Of a stretch of 64,000 bases of DNA, positions 25,592-40,111 are shown piece after piece. Made by a program: the position numbers and the translations under genes. The DNA is taken from positions 62,001 through 126,000 of the forward strand of contig JAHRHZ010000039.1 in the NCBI GenBank assembly GCA_024137785.1. Reading direction: 5' to 3'. Under the pieces are notes generated by a model that saw only the letters and a program-made list of their open reading frames with translations, was not told the DNA's origin and did not search any database. Each line of letters begins with the position of its first letter. Position 1 is the stretch's first letter. This DNA is from Ginglymostoma cirratum (Eukaryota).

Positions 25592-25770
25592 AGATGTCAG
25601 ATGAATTGGGCCTGTATCCATTGGAGTTTAGGAGAATGAAAGATGATTTTATTGAAACTTGTAATATCCCGTAGAAACGTGACAAGGTAGACACTGAAAG
25701 GATATTTCTCTTTGTGGGAGAGACTAGAATGAAGAGACACAGTTTAACAGTAAGGTGGCTTCCACTAAAA
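25592..25770 (+). mobile_element. CR1 fragment
   Basis: LGLYPLEFRRMKDDFIETCNI-like sequence, homologous to 51660-51800. Confidence 0.75.
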
Positions 25771-27049
25771 GATTTTATTCCCGTAAAAATTGAACTATAC
25801 TGAAATTCCCTTTACCTGAAGATTTCTGACCCAAAGCTCCCTTTTCCCTTTTTATGTCAAAAATAAATGCCACGGTGTCAGAATAAAAAATCATGTGCTC
25901 TGAATTTAAATGAGAAGCTATGGAAGAAAGGAGAAAAAGCCAGAAAAGTAGCTTCCTACAACAATACTCACCTTTAGCTAAGCAGTGGAAACTCACTCTA
26001 AAATCCAGATCCTAGCTTGATACTCCTCATTAATCTTTTCTTCCTTACCCTCCGTCACCCTCCCTGCCACTTTGCTCCACATGAAACTTGAAAGAGTTTT
26101 CTTAAGTTTCTTTTTATACAGGACTTTTTTTCTTTACTTTGCTGCATCTTATCCATCAGTGCTTGATTTTTGATCTCATCCCATCTTTGTGCCATTTCCC
26201 TGAGCAGTACACTGATCTCCTGCTGAAATTATTGTTTCAAGATCAGTGAAAACCCTGATTCAGTCCCATGCTTTAAAGTTCACACAAGAAATATACAAAT
26301 GAGTCATCTGCTGTGGCTCGTCAACAGTCATTCACATGTCAAACACTTCCCTACGCATATAATGCTTTCTCAGCCAACAGATCCATTCTTCAGCTGTTCT
26401 TGCTTTGAAAGCAAACATTACTAATTTTCAAAACTGTTAGTTCCACTATATTACTCCCAAATAAAACAGGAAATCACATTGCTCAACCGCTACCATTTAT
26501 TTAAATGAACAAATAGCTCAGTTCAGCATTTCAGCAAGTCCCAGTTAAGGACTGGAGCACCCATAAGAATGACCCTGTTGAGTTTTGTGATCATGAGAAA
26601 GATGTAAGAACTCTTTCAGTAGAATTGGATGACCTGATAATACAAGACTGCTGAGAGCACAGACTCGTAAAATATTATCTCAGTTGGGAATTTTGTCCTT
26701 ACAATAAAGCCTTGTTCGATTCATACTTTTGTTTGGCTATAATAAGTTGTTCTCTCTGTGATCCATTTTGTCTGTGTCTCAATGTCTATTTACAAGCAAT
26801 TAAGAGGTATGAAGTAGTCGAAGCATCTGTTATCGATCTTTAATGATCTCTGTTTTTTTAGGGTTGAAGCTTTGTTTTCAAAAGAAAATTTGTCAATGGG
26901 ATATTTTTGCTTAGCAGATCCACACATGCCATTGTTACTATATGGCTCATTGATATTGTACATAGTAAACACTGAGCAAACAGACATGGAAGGAAAATTA
27001 ATAAACACGTCAGGACAGAGGTGACATAGAGACTTGGAAATATCTCGCT

Positions 27050-27222
27050 GTTCCTACAGTATCACTGGGTCAAAATTCCCTCTTTAACAGCTTTGGGAGC
27101 TGGTACCTACAGCACATATACTGCAGCGGCTCAAGAAGACTGTTGGCCACCATTTTCTCAAGGACAACTACAGATAGGCAATAACTATGGCCCAGCCTTC
27201 GATTCCCACATGAATAAAAAAC
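27050..27222 (+). mobile_element. 3' tail of the LINE family at 16325-17062
   Basis: actgcagcggctcaagaag...caccattttctcaaggacaact...ggcaataa...cccacatgaataaaaaa. Confidence 0.7.
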
Positions 27223-28189
27223 AGAGATATTCCTGAAACACTTTTTTGGTTAAAGATAGTATTCTCAAGATTAGATTTCTCCCAATTCTATTATTCAGTC
27301 TTTTACTTTTGTACTTGATTTCCCTTGCTTGCTATCAACCTGGCACACATTATTTTAGTTTCGCAAATGAATTAAACTGGCTTTTCAATAGGGATTTGAT
27401 TACTTACCAGCAAGCTGTGTTTTCGACACTCTCTGACAACGTACAGTCAAAAATATTGTGGGATTCTTTCCTGCCTTTTTACATGATTTAAGACTGGCGA
27501 CCATGTGTACCATCTGTGGATTAACTTGTTTGCTAACTGTTCAACACAATAGACCTCACCAACATGATATATTCCAGCATTGTTCACCACATCATGTTGA
27601 TGGAACTAGTCTCACAATAAACTGTTTGTAAAGGATTGATGAATTCCATTGGATACCTTATTTAAAATAGAAAAATGCATTGTATGTTATGAAGCAAACA
27701 TTACAGCAAATCAATTAATTTCTGTATGCGCAACTTGAACAACCACAGCAGACTAACTAGCAGGCAGAGTCACAATATTGTGTTTACACAGCTCATGCCA
27801 TACTTAAAGCTGACTCTCTTAAAGGCAAATTACACATTCAACATTCATTCCTTGAAGCTGCTTGCTCCTTATCTCTAAGAAAGGCTCTTCGATTAATTAG
27901 CCGCTTTAGGATAATGTACTGTAACACTTTTATTTACATCTGTACTTAGTGCACTTAATTTACTCCCTAGTGTAATGTCTAAGACCTCTCTCAACACATA
28001 ACCATTGTCTTCTCCCTTAACGATGTCAGACTAATTTGATCAGAACATCATCATAATTTGTATGAAAGTCACTCTGCTAGAAGCCCCATTGGAATGTGAT
28101 TGCCTTAGTAAATAATCTGCCTGAAAATTATCAAAAATTCTTGAAGATTAAAAATAATAAAACAACCATTACTCTCAAAACTAAAATAA

Positions 28190-28360
28190 AATCAAATTAT
28201 TGGGGATGTTGCAAATCTGAAATGAAATCTAAAAGTGCTGCAAATATTCAGCAATACCCTGGGAACATCAATTGAATGAGTTCCAAACAAGTCATATTCA
28301 ACTCAAAACTGTTTCTCTCGCCACAGATGCTTCTGAATTTTTTCAGCATGTTCTGTTTTT
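28190..28360. repeat. Decayed fold-back element
   Basis: gatgttgcaaatctgaaatgaa...gtgctgcaaatattcagca...tctcgccacagatgcttctgaattttttcagca. Confidence 0.55.
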
Positions 28361-29372
28361 ACTGTGTGCAATGATTTTACTGCAATATTGAAAAATTGTT
28401 TGCTGCTTATGTCTAATGAGTATTATGCATTAGAACGCATATACACTATGATTTTGGTAGGTCTTAAGTCTAGCTTCCTTTCATAATTCACACTACTTTA
28501 CTCAAAGAAAATATTCAAATAAATTGCTTTTCAAAAGAGCAAAATACCTCATCTTTTGAATTAGTTTAACTGTGTTTGATTTTGATTTTCAAAATTCTAT
28601 TGACACAGAACAGTAAATTTTCTTTCAATTGCCTGAGAATAAATCCATTTTCTTACTGTCTGCCTGTTAGACTATCATTTGTACAAACCATTTTTAAAAA
28701 TTGGATTAGGTCAGTCAGAACAGGTAAGGATAAATGAACATGTGTACCCATATGCATGCAAATCATAAAAGGCCTTTATTACAATAATTGGCTCTCTGAT
28801 ACAGTAGAAATTCCAGTCATTGGACAGAGTTATTGTCAGTACTGAAATCTACCCTAACCAGTTTTACAACCTGTGTATCATCAGAATAATTGGTCTTTTG
28901 GTTGATGTGACTAACTGACAGCTTGGCCATTGATAATTACTTATGGCAGCATTTTTCTATTTTTTTTCCTGATTTCAAAAAGGCCATACTAATGAACAAA
29001 GGTATTTTACAGCAGAATGGGTTTTCAGTATCAAGCATATCATTTAAATAATCTTGCAATGAGTTTGTAAGCCATTCACCTACAGTTTATGATAATGAGG
29101 ATGATGGTGATTATACATAATGAAAAGGCTATTGCATTATCGCTACATTCTCTTCAAATATCTAGTAATTTATTAATTTTAGCAATTTGGAAATACCTTT
29201 TGACAGAGTGCAATTTTATTCACATGAAAGGGTAACATAAAATTAAGCCCTTTCATACAACTTCTGTTCATTGTTGGAGAGCTACAGCATAGAGATAATT
29301 CAAAGTACACTTCCTGTTCTCAGTGCTTTATTCCTGTTGTAGTATATTGCGATGATTAGTTGTAATTTACAG

Positions 29373-29498
29373 GAAACTGTGTTAGAAAATCGCACAATAT
29401 TTCTCATATGTCAGTGGGTTGTATCTCTGCTGTATCTCTGATGGATGAGAATGTGAACAGCAGCAACAAAAATTACACCCCATCTCTTGAGACAAAAG
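29373..29498 (+). CDS. Candidate internal exon (126 nt, phase 1-1)
   Basis: tttacag|...AAG|gtaagt (perfect donor); open frame GNCVRKSHNISHMSVGCISAVSLMDENVNSSNKNYTPSLETK with three N-glycosylation sequons; frame-compatible with 1086-1168; lies in a TE-poor region. Confidence 0.5.
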
Positions 29499-32400
29499 GT
29501 AAGTTAATTCAAACTTTATCAAGATTAATGAAAATAATTGAAACTATATAATGATGTTTGTGATTTATCTAATTAGTGTGCATTGTAGTGAAATAACCTA
29601 CAGAGAAAATTATTGAGCAGACCGCGTTCAAATCAGAAATCAAGGGCATTGGCAGATGTGCAAAAGAATCAAAACATGGCAGTTGTTTTTTTAATCCATG
29701 ATAGACACTTTTGGCTTGTGTTTGCTATTAATGGATAAACATTTACAGTAGGTCTGAGAGAATTTTTTAAAAATATTTAAAATATATTAAATATTTAAAT
29801 CAACAAAAAAGTTTATCAACAGAAAAAAAGGCGCGGTCCAAGTTTCAGTCTCCAACATGATTGACCTAAAAGCGAATGTCTAATAAGACAATTAGAACAA
29901 GTATTTAATGAATTTTTCTTGACAGTTTATCATGTGACTTTCAATTATGCCAATTAATGTAATTGTCTCATGGTGAATTATAGATAAGAATAGGACTCAA
30001 AACCTCTTCACATATTAAAGAGTTTATAACATTAATATTTAGTGCTCAAACTGAAACTAGCAACTTTTCTGAAGTAAAGTCAAAATATGTTAGAGATTTT
30101 CTGGGACTTTTGGACTTTAATAACAATTTAGTGGATGACTTCAAGAATGCATTGTTCCTTCAAATGATTTATAATGATACAAACTATATTTTCTTCTTTT
30201 TCCATGGAATTGCACAAATAAACCTGAACATGTTTCTACTTGCATAGAAGAGGGAGGAGTACATTGTCAAAATTATACTCGGACATGATTATGTTGGCGT
30301 TGTTACTTCACTTTGGTATTATATAGTTATTTGATTACCGATATGCTGTTTATAGTACATGATTCTGAAAGTTTCTGATGTGAAATAGAATCAAACTTCA
30401 TAATCAATAATGGAAATTTAAAATAATCAATATGAAACTTAAATAGGAAATTACAAGCAGACAAAACACCAAAAAAGAACATGCTGACAATGCCATAGTA
30501 GATCCAGCATTCGTTGGAGCAGAATACCATGTTCACATTGATATCATCTTCCATTTTATCTGTGTTTATTTATGACATATGTTTGTGATTTACATGATTA
30601 ATGTTTGAGGGCCTTCTTGTCCTGCTGAGCTTTTCTTGCCAACCATAGACTGAGGAGCACAATCAAAATTCTACCTGTTAGTATTATTAGTTTATTTATA
30701 CTTCCTTTGTGCTTTTCTTGGTCCAATATAGGTCAACATTCATCGAGAATCATAGTTACATAGAAATTCACTTCCAAATGACTGAGAAGTTGATTATTTT
30801 TCTCAAACAACAAGAAAAAAGAAGAAAAAATGTTTTAGCATCTTTAATGCCATATGGATTCATTCATTAGAAAAGGATGTATTTTTCATGAAGTGTGGAT
30901 ATAAATAAATAACAATTATGTAATTAGTAATGAAGACTAAATGCCTGATTTAAACACATGTATCATTATTAAGATTTAATAATTTGATAATCTTCAGATA
31001 ATATACTTAATTGAATAAACTAGAATGGATTAATTGACAGATTATCCGTTTCTAGCTCCATAACAATTGATAATTATCTAAGATGTGCAATTTATTTTAG
31101 AAATGCAACACTTTTTCTGTTCTGTTAACTTACATCTTCACTTCTAAAATAAATAATTGTTGATTAATTAAATAATTTTGGTGTTTATGCTATAAAATTT
31201 ACTTCAATGTTTAAGGATATGTTCCCTGACTATACATTTGAGAATTGTTAGTGTAAGTTATCTTATTGCACAAATCAAATTTATTAATTATGAAAATGTG
31301 TTGATTATAAGTTAACATTAACTTCACAAGTAATAACAAATATTTTTTGTCCTTAACAATAAACTTTGAAACCTTGTCTTTACTTAAGATATATAAGTGT
31401 TCATCCTTCTGTAAACATAAGAAATCAGTTATGTACAGTGGGTAACCTATATTTAATTGTATTTTGGAATTTTTGAACTTTGAAAGTCAACTAACTTATT
31501 GATTTTTTTTGCTGTTTACTTCTGTAATATTTCATTGTATTTGGTGTCTTTTGCCTCGTGAACTTATCTTAAGAAGAGAAACAGTGAGAAAAAGATAACT
31601 TAAATCAAGATCATTGTAATTTGCAAACAGAAATGAAATTAAAATACAGAATGGGAGCTATGTATTGTTCCTCTAATTTATGTGATTAACTGTATTCATC
31701 ACATTATAAAATTAGCACTGAAATATTTGAAATGAGATGCACACGTTTAAATGTAAAAAAAATACAGCTCAAGGTCAGAATATTTCTAGTTATTACAACA
31801 TAATGTTGGCTTAGAAAATTTTGAATGACGTTAGAAAGGGCGATACAGATACCTTCAACCTAATTGTATTACCTTCATTTCTATGTCATATATTGCATGT
31901 AAACAAGGTGCAGACCATCATATATGATAGTCATTGTTCCCTGTAATAAATCAGATTGATGTTATAAATGAAAATATATTATTTTCTATGTATTTCACAA
32001 AAACACTAATTTCTAATAAATCAGTAAGAATATGGCAAGAAAAGTAACTAAGAAAATGAATATATGTACATTTATCCACTGTGGTATTTTGTTGAATGGC
32101 AGTCTTTACCCAAGGATAATTGATAAATCAACATTTTCAGGACATGAATTTGAGTTTTTCGGTGTAGATTAAGAGGACATTCCATGAAAATTATTTAGTT
32201 ACATTATCTTTAATAATGTAAGTGAAAAAGTCGACTTTCTTGGCAATGGCAGGCAAGGAATGTAATTCTGAATGTCTTTACAAAATAGATACATGCAAGT
32301 ATTGCTGTCGCCTAACAGATCGCTTAATGGGTTAGATCGATCAGCCTGTACGACATGTTTTTGCCTGTTATTTGTTATTTATTGTTCTGTGGATTTAACT

Positions 32401-33042
32401 TGGAATAAAAAAGTAATATGAGGCTTTCTCAGATGCAAGACATTAAAAATTGAGAGTACAAATATTGTTAGGTATATGGCTACATTTCAGGACAGTTAAA
32501 ATGCATTAAATTCTGGAATCAATTCTGTTGTAAGTGATTTGCTTAATGAATTAAATACGTACAACATGTATGAACTTTAACTTTATTGTGCACTCAACAT
32601 TTGTATAACCTGGATGTTATAATAAATGGGTTTACTCTGAATAACTTCTAAACATATAAGAATCTTAATTTGAAATTTTGTTTAGTTCCTGATGTTGAAA
32701 ATTTTAAACTTCTAAAACGGCATTTGCCTTTTTAAGTTCTAACTAAATTTAACAAAAAAAGTTTTGTTTCGATATAAGGCTGTTTTAGATGCTGGGATAT
32801 ATGCTGTGTGCAGCATTTATGTGGACATGTAAATTTTAGTCGAATTGAACTGTTTTGATGATTGCTTCATTGGATGTTGATCCCATTAGACATTATGCAT
32901 GTGTCTTGATTTTAATTTCCTTTAAGTCAATGGAAATAAAACTGAGGATGTAAAACTGACAAAAAATATTTAATGGATAATTTAATCAACAGTACTGAGT
33001 TTACACAATCATCCGAAGTCAAACTTTACATCCATTCTGAAG

Positions 33043-33690
33043 GAGATATCTGAGAATATTGTTGAGGTGTAGTGATCTTTCAAGAATCACTAGAGTCAGT
33101 GAGGGTTCCAGAGGACTGGAAAATAGAAAAATGTAACACCCCTGTTTAAGAATCACATGAGGCAGAAATCAGGAAATTTTATGCTGGTTAGTCTGACACC
33201 AGTCATTGGTAAGATTTTAAAATCCATTGTTAAAAATGAGATTGTGGATTATGTGGAAGTGTATGGTAAAATAGGGCTGACTCAGCATGGTTTCATCAAG
33301 TGGGGTTGGGGGCGGGGTTTGTGCCTGACAAATCTGTTACAATTATTTGAGGAGGCAACAAGCAAGTAAGACAAAAGAGAGCCAGTGGATATGATCTATG
33401 TGGGTTTCCAGAAGGTCTTTGAAAAGGTGCTGCACAGAATGCTGCTAAATAAGATAAGAGCCCATGGTATCAGGGGCAAGGTACTGGCATGGATAGAGGA
33501 TTGACTGATTGGTAGAAGACAGAGGGATAGAGGTATAGACTATTTTCTAGATAGAGAAAGGCTTCAGAAATTTGAAGCACAGAGGAACTTGAGAGTGTTA
33601 GTTCGGGATTCTCGTAAAGTTAACATGCATTCAGTTGTCAGTTAGGCAGGCATATGCAAAGTTAACATTCATTTCAAGAGGGCTAGAAAA
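33043..33690 (+). mobile_element. CR1 RT fragments with internal deletions
   Basis: VPEDWKIENVTPLFK; ORF 33157-33369 QHGFIK...CLTNLLQLFEE. Confidence 0.9.
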
Positions 33691-33821
33691 CATACTCTCC
33701 TGGGAGACATATTATATGTACGCAGATCTTGATCAATTACTGATATTAAAATAGTGTTATTTGTTCTTCATACTGATTTTATTTTAATTTTCCAAACTAT
33801 CAATTTTATTTCAAAATTATC

Positions 33822-34773
33822 TGTTATAAAGCGGAGGTTGACACCCCCACCCCCACCGATAACTAAAACCAAACACCCAGAGAGGAGCGTGTCATGCTAT
33901 AATCTGTTAAAGGGAGTGTGAGGAGGGGTGTAATCCATCTTTTCAGCAATTTCTAGTAGTTAAGTAAAATAAACCCCTGACACTCACTTAACAATCAACG
34001 AGTAACAATTTATTTATCTAACTCTAACAGTGAACAAATTAAATTATTAACAAACCGAATAAACCCCTTCTAACTACTAACTATTCCTGAATAAAGCAAG
34101 ATTCTAATAGTATGCTTTTCCAATAAATACAAGTCCCACTTCCATAAAACAAAATTAATTTTAAAAAATCAATCTCTCAAAACTACAGCCAGGTTACGTG
34201 TCTTCTGGAATGTTCTGTGCCTTCTCTGTTGAATGTTCTGTCAGGAACACCTTCTCCATCAAATTCCTCTGCTGGGAACATTAACTAGTTGTGCCGTAGG
34301 TACCTTTGATTTAGATAGTGCTTTCTCTAAAACTTAGAGAAGGCTGTGAAAGGTAGCAATTCTCCCTTGAGAGCTGAGAGCTGTTAACTCTTGCAGATGG
34401 CAGTTCACTCTCCTGTATTGCCCAACTGCCCCTTCTTTTATATCCTTGATGACATACCAATATTCTGTACAATACAATTGGTCCTATGTTGCCAAAACCA
34501 TTAGATTTAAATTTAATTTTTTTTTATATTTGGGTGCCTGTTTCAAATTAATTGGCTAAATTCCAAACTTGTTGACTTGATAACAAAACAAAACTGCTGC
34601 TTGGCCTGCCGACTGTACAGCCTTTTGATACAACTGTTTCAATTCAGGAGCTCTGTGCACCTCTAAACCCACAAGCTGCTGCCCACAGGCATCCTTTTTG
34701 AATCACTAAGCATAGAAAAAGCACATCATCTTTCAAAGGGACCACACACTGTTTTCCCCCCTAGCATTTTACA
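33822..34773. mobile_element. Solo-LTR-like element
   Basis: Begins tgttataaa and ends ttttaca (TG...CA with short inverted termini); composition differs from the AT-rich flanks; no clear TSD. Confidence 0.55.
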
Positions 34774-35952
34774 ACTACCAATATTTTACAAACACCAAAT
34801 TCTAATGTCCTGCCTTCCAATCTACAAATACTCTACCCAACTTCGCATATGTGTAGTGAAATAGTTGCAAACTTCATCACAAATATTTAAATCACAGATG
34901 TACTCAAACGTGTATTATGCCTTAATTCCACATTTATCATCTATACTTCTATGGCATCGCTGTCTAAATTTATAGATTAAGATGTATTGACACAAACAAT
35001 TATTTGTGCAAGTAGTTTAAGTGTCTCAATTTTAATAATCAAATGTTACAATAAGACCTCTGGGCTCAACTCAAAGAAACGTTTTTTAAAATCCTTCAGA
35101 AAATATATTAGTAATGACAGTGTAATTTGACATTAAGAATCATTGTCACATTAAACAAAATCATTGGCATATATTTCTCTTTTCTATAAATAATGAAATG
35201 TTCCCCACGGTTATTGTTTGAATATTTAAAAGTACGCACATTCAATTCATTTCTCAGAGACCATTGTAACTATTGTAGGTGAAATCAGTTCCCTGATTCA
35301 CAAGCATATTTTAACAGTGTTTTAACTCAATATCGATTAAATATCATGTGAAAATAATTCAAATGTAAATTAAAAGGTCAAAACATAAAACTGAATAAAA
35401 ATTGTGGAATCATATCTAACTATGGATCAATTTGTCAAACTAAAAAGTGTCCTATCAAGTTGCTCAGAATTGTGCGTTTACAAAGTGGTCGGGGATAGTG
35501 TAGGATATAGACCTTACAAATATCTAAAAGAATAATTTTGAAAATAGGTTGTAACATATTTCCTCATTTTTGATTGGCTCCTATGAAACAAGTGAAATGA
35601 ATGACAGGAAATGAAATAACTCTCCTAATGACTGATCCTCTGGTACTGAAGCTACTCAAGACCTGAGAAACACATAGGTTGACACTTCAGTTTCAAATTT
35701 TGTAGGTGGTTTTGATGGTCACTGACCTGCAGCTTAACCAGACTCTCTAGCTCTTGGGTTAAATGGTTCAGTCCAGTTTCTGTTCAAGATGTTACTAAAC
35801 GGAGAACTAGAAATGGTGCACTTTTAAATGTCATTTTCTGTTAGTCTTGTACCATGAATGGTGTAATATTGTTTCACTTCACACCTGCATATTATCCAGG
35901 CCCTTGCTGTGGTCTGGCATGGGTTACTTCACAATTGGAATGTGATGAATCA

Positions 35953-36285
35953 TTTTTTAATTCACTCGTAGGGTGTGGGCATCACCAGCAGTTATTGCCC
36001 ATCTCTAACTGGTCAGCATGCTATTAGGGTCAACCACATTGTTGTGTATCTGGAGTCACTAGTAGGCCATACCAGGTAACTTGCAGATTGACAGATTTCC
36101 TTCCCAAAAGGGCATTAGCAAACCAGATGGGATTTTACAACTATTGAAGATCATCATCATTAGACTTTTAAATCCAGTTTTGAATTTAAATTCCACCATC
36201 TGCTCTGTTGGGATTCATTTCAGGTCCGCAGCGTCCAGATTTCTGGATTGTTAGTCTCACAACAGTATCACTGGGCCAGCACCCA
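35953..36285 (-). mobile_element. tRNA-headed SINE (head + conserved middle + LINE tail)
   Basis: Reverse complement carries ccatctggtttgctaatgcccttttgggaaggaaatctg...gtgactccagatacacaacaatgtggttgacc...gggcaataactgctgg. Confidence 0.8.
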
Positions 36286-36529
36286 ATCTGAAGAGATTCT
36301 AAGTGGAGCTAAACACTGTGGAAATAAATAACAAATGGCCCCAGTCTTGATCATATAGCAGCAGAAAGGTAAACTGAAACTGAAAATGATGACTGCAAGC
36401 TATTTTTGCTTATGAACTCCTGCAAAAATATTCTGGAATTATAACAAATGGTACCTGAGAACCACAACTGTCTACCACGGTAACCAATGCCCAGGGCTCC
36501 ATAAATGCCTCCCACATGTAACCTCTTAA

Positions 36530-36750
36530 CTTTTCTATTTCTTATTTCTACTCAGCTGATTCCACAAATTGTCCTTTTGAGCTAAAGTCACCTTTCTCTA
36601 CAGTATTAACATATCCTTAATTAACAAAGCTACCGTATCATTTAGTCCTAGGTTCCTATCTAGTCAAAATGTCAAATACCTTTAATTATTCACATCCCAG
36701 CCTTCCTCACCCTGAAACCACATCTCCTTCATTGCCATTAGGTCATGAAT
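36530..36750 (-). mobile_element. CR1 endonuclease (APE) fragment
   Basis: Minus frame DLMAMKEMWFQGEEGWDVNN resembles D...I.ETWL of CR1 APE (compare 63620-63680). Confidence 0.55.
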
Positions 36751-37814
36751 ATTATTGGGTTTTTTTTCTCTGAGCTAACGACACTTTGTCCAAACAGCAA
36801 CTCATTTAACAAAAGATGCAGCTAGCCAGGTTGATGAAGTCGCGCAATGTGAGTAAGGTTGTACAGGTGAGAAGGTAACTGAATGTCAGAAGCAGGACAC
36901 AGCTCCTACCTGTACTGCACTATCAAGGGATTCTTACTTTATAGGACCTGTTTACAAACAGAGATTATTGCCTGTGAGGAATTTCTATGTGAGACACTTG
37001 TATCAATGCAGACTATTGTACAAGGTTTGTTGAGTAGCATTAGATTTGTTGCGTAGTATTAAGAATATCACTAACCAGATCTGCACTGCAGTCTGTCCAA
37101 GAATGCATGATAGTTCCTGTGTTATTCATAGCAGAGCCCTTACAGTTCAGATGATAAGCACAGTAGAAGTCTCTCCCATTAAAGGACATCTTTGGCAGAA
37201 ACTTGCTGCCTTTGCTTTTTAATCAATTTGAGGACACATTTCTGGTTTCTGATCTGATGGATCCTGATGCATGCCTGTCTGCACGATCTTCCTGAACAGG
37301 GTTGATTAACAGGTCACCTCTACGAGCCCTATCAACTGGAGGCTGGTTGGCAGGCTGCACTTGATGGTGGAAAATCCAAGGGGACCTCCCAAACTGTGAG
37401 TACACGGCAGATCCATTTGGAGAGGTAGGCACTGCTGCTGCCAGTGAAGTAGTACAAGGGCAGTGCAGGATGGAGGATGTTAAAAAGGAGTGCAAGGGAT
37501 GTGAAAGAAAAAGCCTTAAACAGCCACAGCTATCAGCTGTCATTGTGGAGAAGGAAATAGCCATAGCTATGGCCTTTTATCACCTGCAATACTGAGGGAC
37601 ATGTAGGGTGCGGGTGGGAGGGTTGTGTCATGGAATAGGTCTAACTGGCCTTCCTGCCTGCTCTATGGAAGCCACATCCAAATCAGATGTTGGGCTTCAG
37701 TCTCAGCAGGGGCCCTGCCTGTCTGCAGCCAGTGATATCATGGTGCTGCCACCAATTTGTCCTTAAGGATCACTGTACATAATCTCAGAGTCACCCAGTT
37801 GGGACAGAGATGAC

Positions 37815-38060
37815 AAACAATGTCTTCTCTTAGAATCTATGGAATTCTGCACCACTGAGAGCTGTCATGGCTGGGTCATCAAGTATATTCGAGGTTGAGA
37901 CAAACTGGTTTCTAATAATTACGGGAATCAAGGGTTCCAAGAGGAAAAGGTAGGAAAGTGAAGTTGAGGTTTATCAGATCAGCCCTGATCTCATTGAATA
38001 GCGGGGAAGACTTGATGGGCTGAATGGCCTACTTCTGCTTATTTGTATTAAGGATTTATT
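37815..38060 (+). mobile_element. CR1 3' tail
   Basis: aatctatggaattctgcaccactgagagctgt...gggctgaatggcctacttctgct. Confidence 0.8.
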
Positions 38061-38609
38061 GCTGAAATGGAAATTTAATTGCTCTTAATTATCTTCCTAC
38101 CACTGTTTGGTGTGTAGCTGATGTTTTTCTAACCCTACCTCCATCAAGATCACTTGTCACTTCTGCTGATAGCATTTCATGCATTATTGCTGTAGAATTC
38201 TTGCACTCAGGTCTGAAAGATACTCCATCAGGCAGCTTTAATGTTCTGGGAGGCTACAGAAAATTGACCCTCAGAAAGGGATTTTGGTTGCTTTTAAGAC
38301 ATGTTTACAGGAATACCACAGAAAAGTCGATCAACTGCAATGGTACAAGAAGGTGGCTCACCACACGTTCTCCAGGATAATTAAGGATGGGCACGAAATG
38401 CTGAACCTGTCAGTGACACCCACATTCCAAGAACAAATCAAAATAAATACTCTGAGAGTCCTTTACAGAGATCAAAAGGCAAAGGTTGCACAAAAAGGCG
38501 AGAGGTGGAGCATATTTCAAATTAATTTTTCATCCTCCAGGAATTATTCAAAGATTAGCAAGGACTGACTGCATGAGCTAAATCCATGTTTTCAGAAGGT
38601 GATGCAGGC

Positions 38610-38930
38610 CATTATTTTTTATTTAATTGGGGGATGTAGGCTTTGCTGGCATGCTAACATTTATTATTCATCTCTAATTATCCTCAAGGAGGTCCTTAAT
38701 TGAATCACTCCAGTCCACTCTGTGCAGATACACCCACAAAGCTATGAGTGAGTTCCAGGATATTGACCCAATTACACTGAAGGAATGTTGACTTATTTTC
38801 AAGTCAGGATGGTGAACAGCTTGGAGAGGATATGTCAGGGGGTGGGGTTGCCATGTTTCGGCTGCCCTTATCCTTTTCAATGGTAGCGATTGTGGGTCTG
38901 GAAGGTACTGTCTAAGAAGACCTGGTGATG
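38610..38930 (-). mobile_element. 3' tail of the LINE family at 16325-17062
   Basis: ggggatgtaggctttgctggcatgctaacatttattattcatctctaatt...gagttccaggatattgaccca. Confidence 0.7.
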
Positions 38931-39281
38931 TAAAATGTTTGCTTTGTCTTTTGGAATATTGGGAATGACTCTCAATTCTTAAAGAGTTAGTTGCTTTATG
39001 TGGTCAGTTATCTCACCTCAAAGCCACTCAAGAAATAATTCATTCACTGGGATTCCAGGGGTAAATTTTTGACATACAAGCTACCATTCTGACCTGAATT
39101 AAAAACAAAATTTTAATCAGAATATTTTATCATGGAGCTAAGCCAGCTGTCAAAATGTGATAGAATATTGTCATGATAACATTTATTGTTAGTCTCTCAT
39201 TGTCCTCAAAAAGGCTCCTACTTGAAAATGGTAGAATACTGATTGTCAGTAACTGTTGTGACTATGCTGTAATATTTCTAG

Positions 39282-39382
39282 GTTTTCAATATGAGAGGTT
39301 AAACGTGGCTCCATCATCGCCAAATGACAGGAAACGAGCAATTGGAGGTCAAGTGCATATTCGTTATAAAATATGCTCTACT
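39282..39382 (+). CDS. Candidate internal exon (phase 1 start)
   Basis: atatttctag|; open frame GFQYERLNVAPSSPNDRKRAIGGQVHIRYKICST; retains several CpGs against a depleted background; donor gtaaag only moderate. Confidence 0.35.
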
Positions 39383-39507
39383 GTAAAGTTCACATCAGGC
39401 ATTCATTGAGTACTTACCAAGTGTAGGCATGAATCACAGTGCTCTACATTCTAAATCAGTCTATTACCTACAGTCATTTTGCTGGTACGTCTTGCTACTG
39501 TGGATGA

Positions 39508-39602
39508 TTACAACAGTGACTAACCTTCAAATAGGACTTCACTGCTATAAAGCACTTTGCGATGCCCAGTGGATGTGAAAAGCATTATATAAATGCAGGA
39601 CC
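39508..39602 (+). mobile_element. Ancient L2/SINE-type 3' tail
   Basis: tacaacagtgactaaccttcaaa...aaagcactttgcgatg...gtgaaaagcattatataaatgca. Confidence 0.55.
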
Positions 39603-40111
39603 ATTTTGTGTCTTTTAAAATAAGGGCAGAGAGAGATCTGAACATGAACTACACCCACAGACACTGGAAGTCACAAAATAATTTCAAGATAAATCTGAGT
39701 CAAGCTGCTTTTCAAGTTTCAAAACAGTGATTTCACAGCTTTTTTTTTGACAGACAGTGGTTAAGTAGATCATGTCAACACCTACCATTCTGAAACATTT
39801 TCAGAAGCTGACATGCAGCAAAGCACCAAAGCATTATTCCCTTAATGATTTGAGGAGGACAGAAGCAATCTGGTTTTATGTGAACACAGCCGACAGTCAC
39901 ATCTTAAGGTTGCATTGGTGTGTGTGATGTTGTTGGATACTCACATGGATCACTAGAAGACAAGAGTATTTTTGAGAAACTGGGCAAAACCATCCAAATA
40001 CTCGAGAGATTATTTCTGGGGACTGTGTTTAAGATCGCTACTAAAGCCTGTCAACATCAGTGCACAGTGCAATCACCACGCTTCATACCTCCTAATGTAA
40101 TTAAGGTCTTT

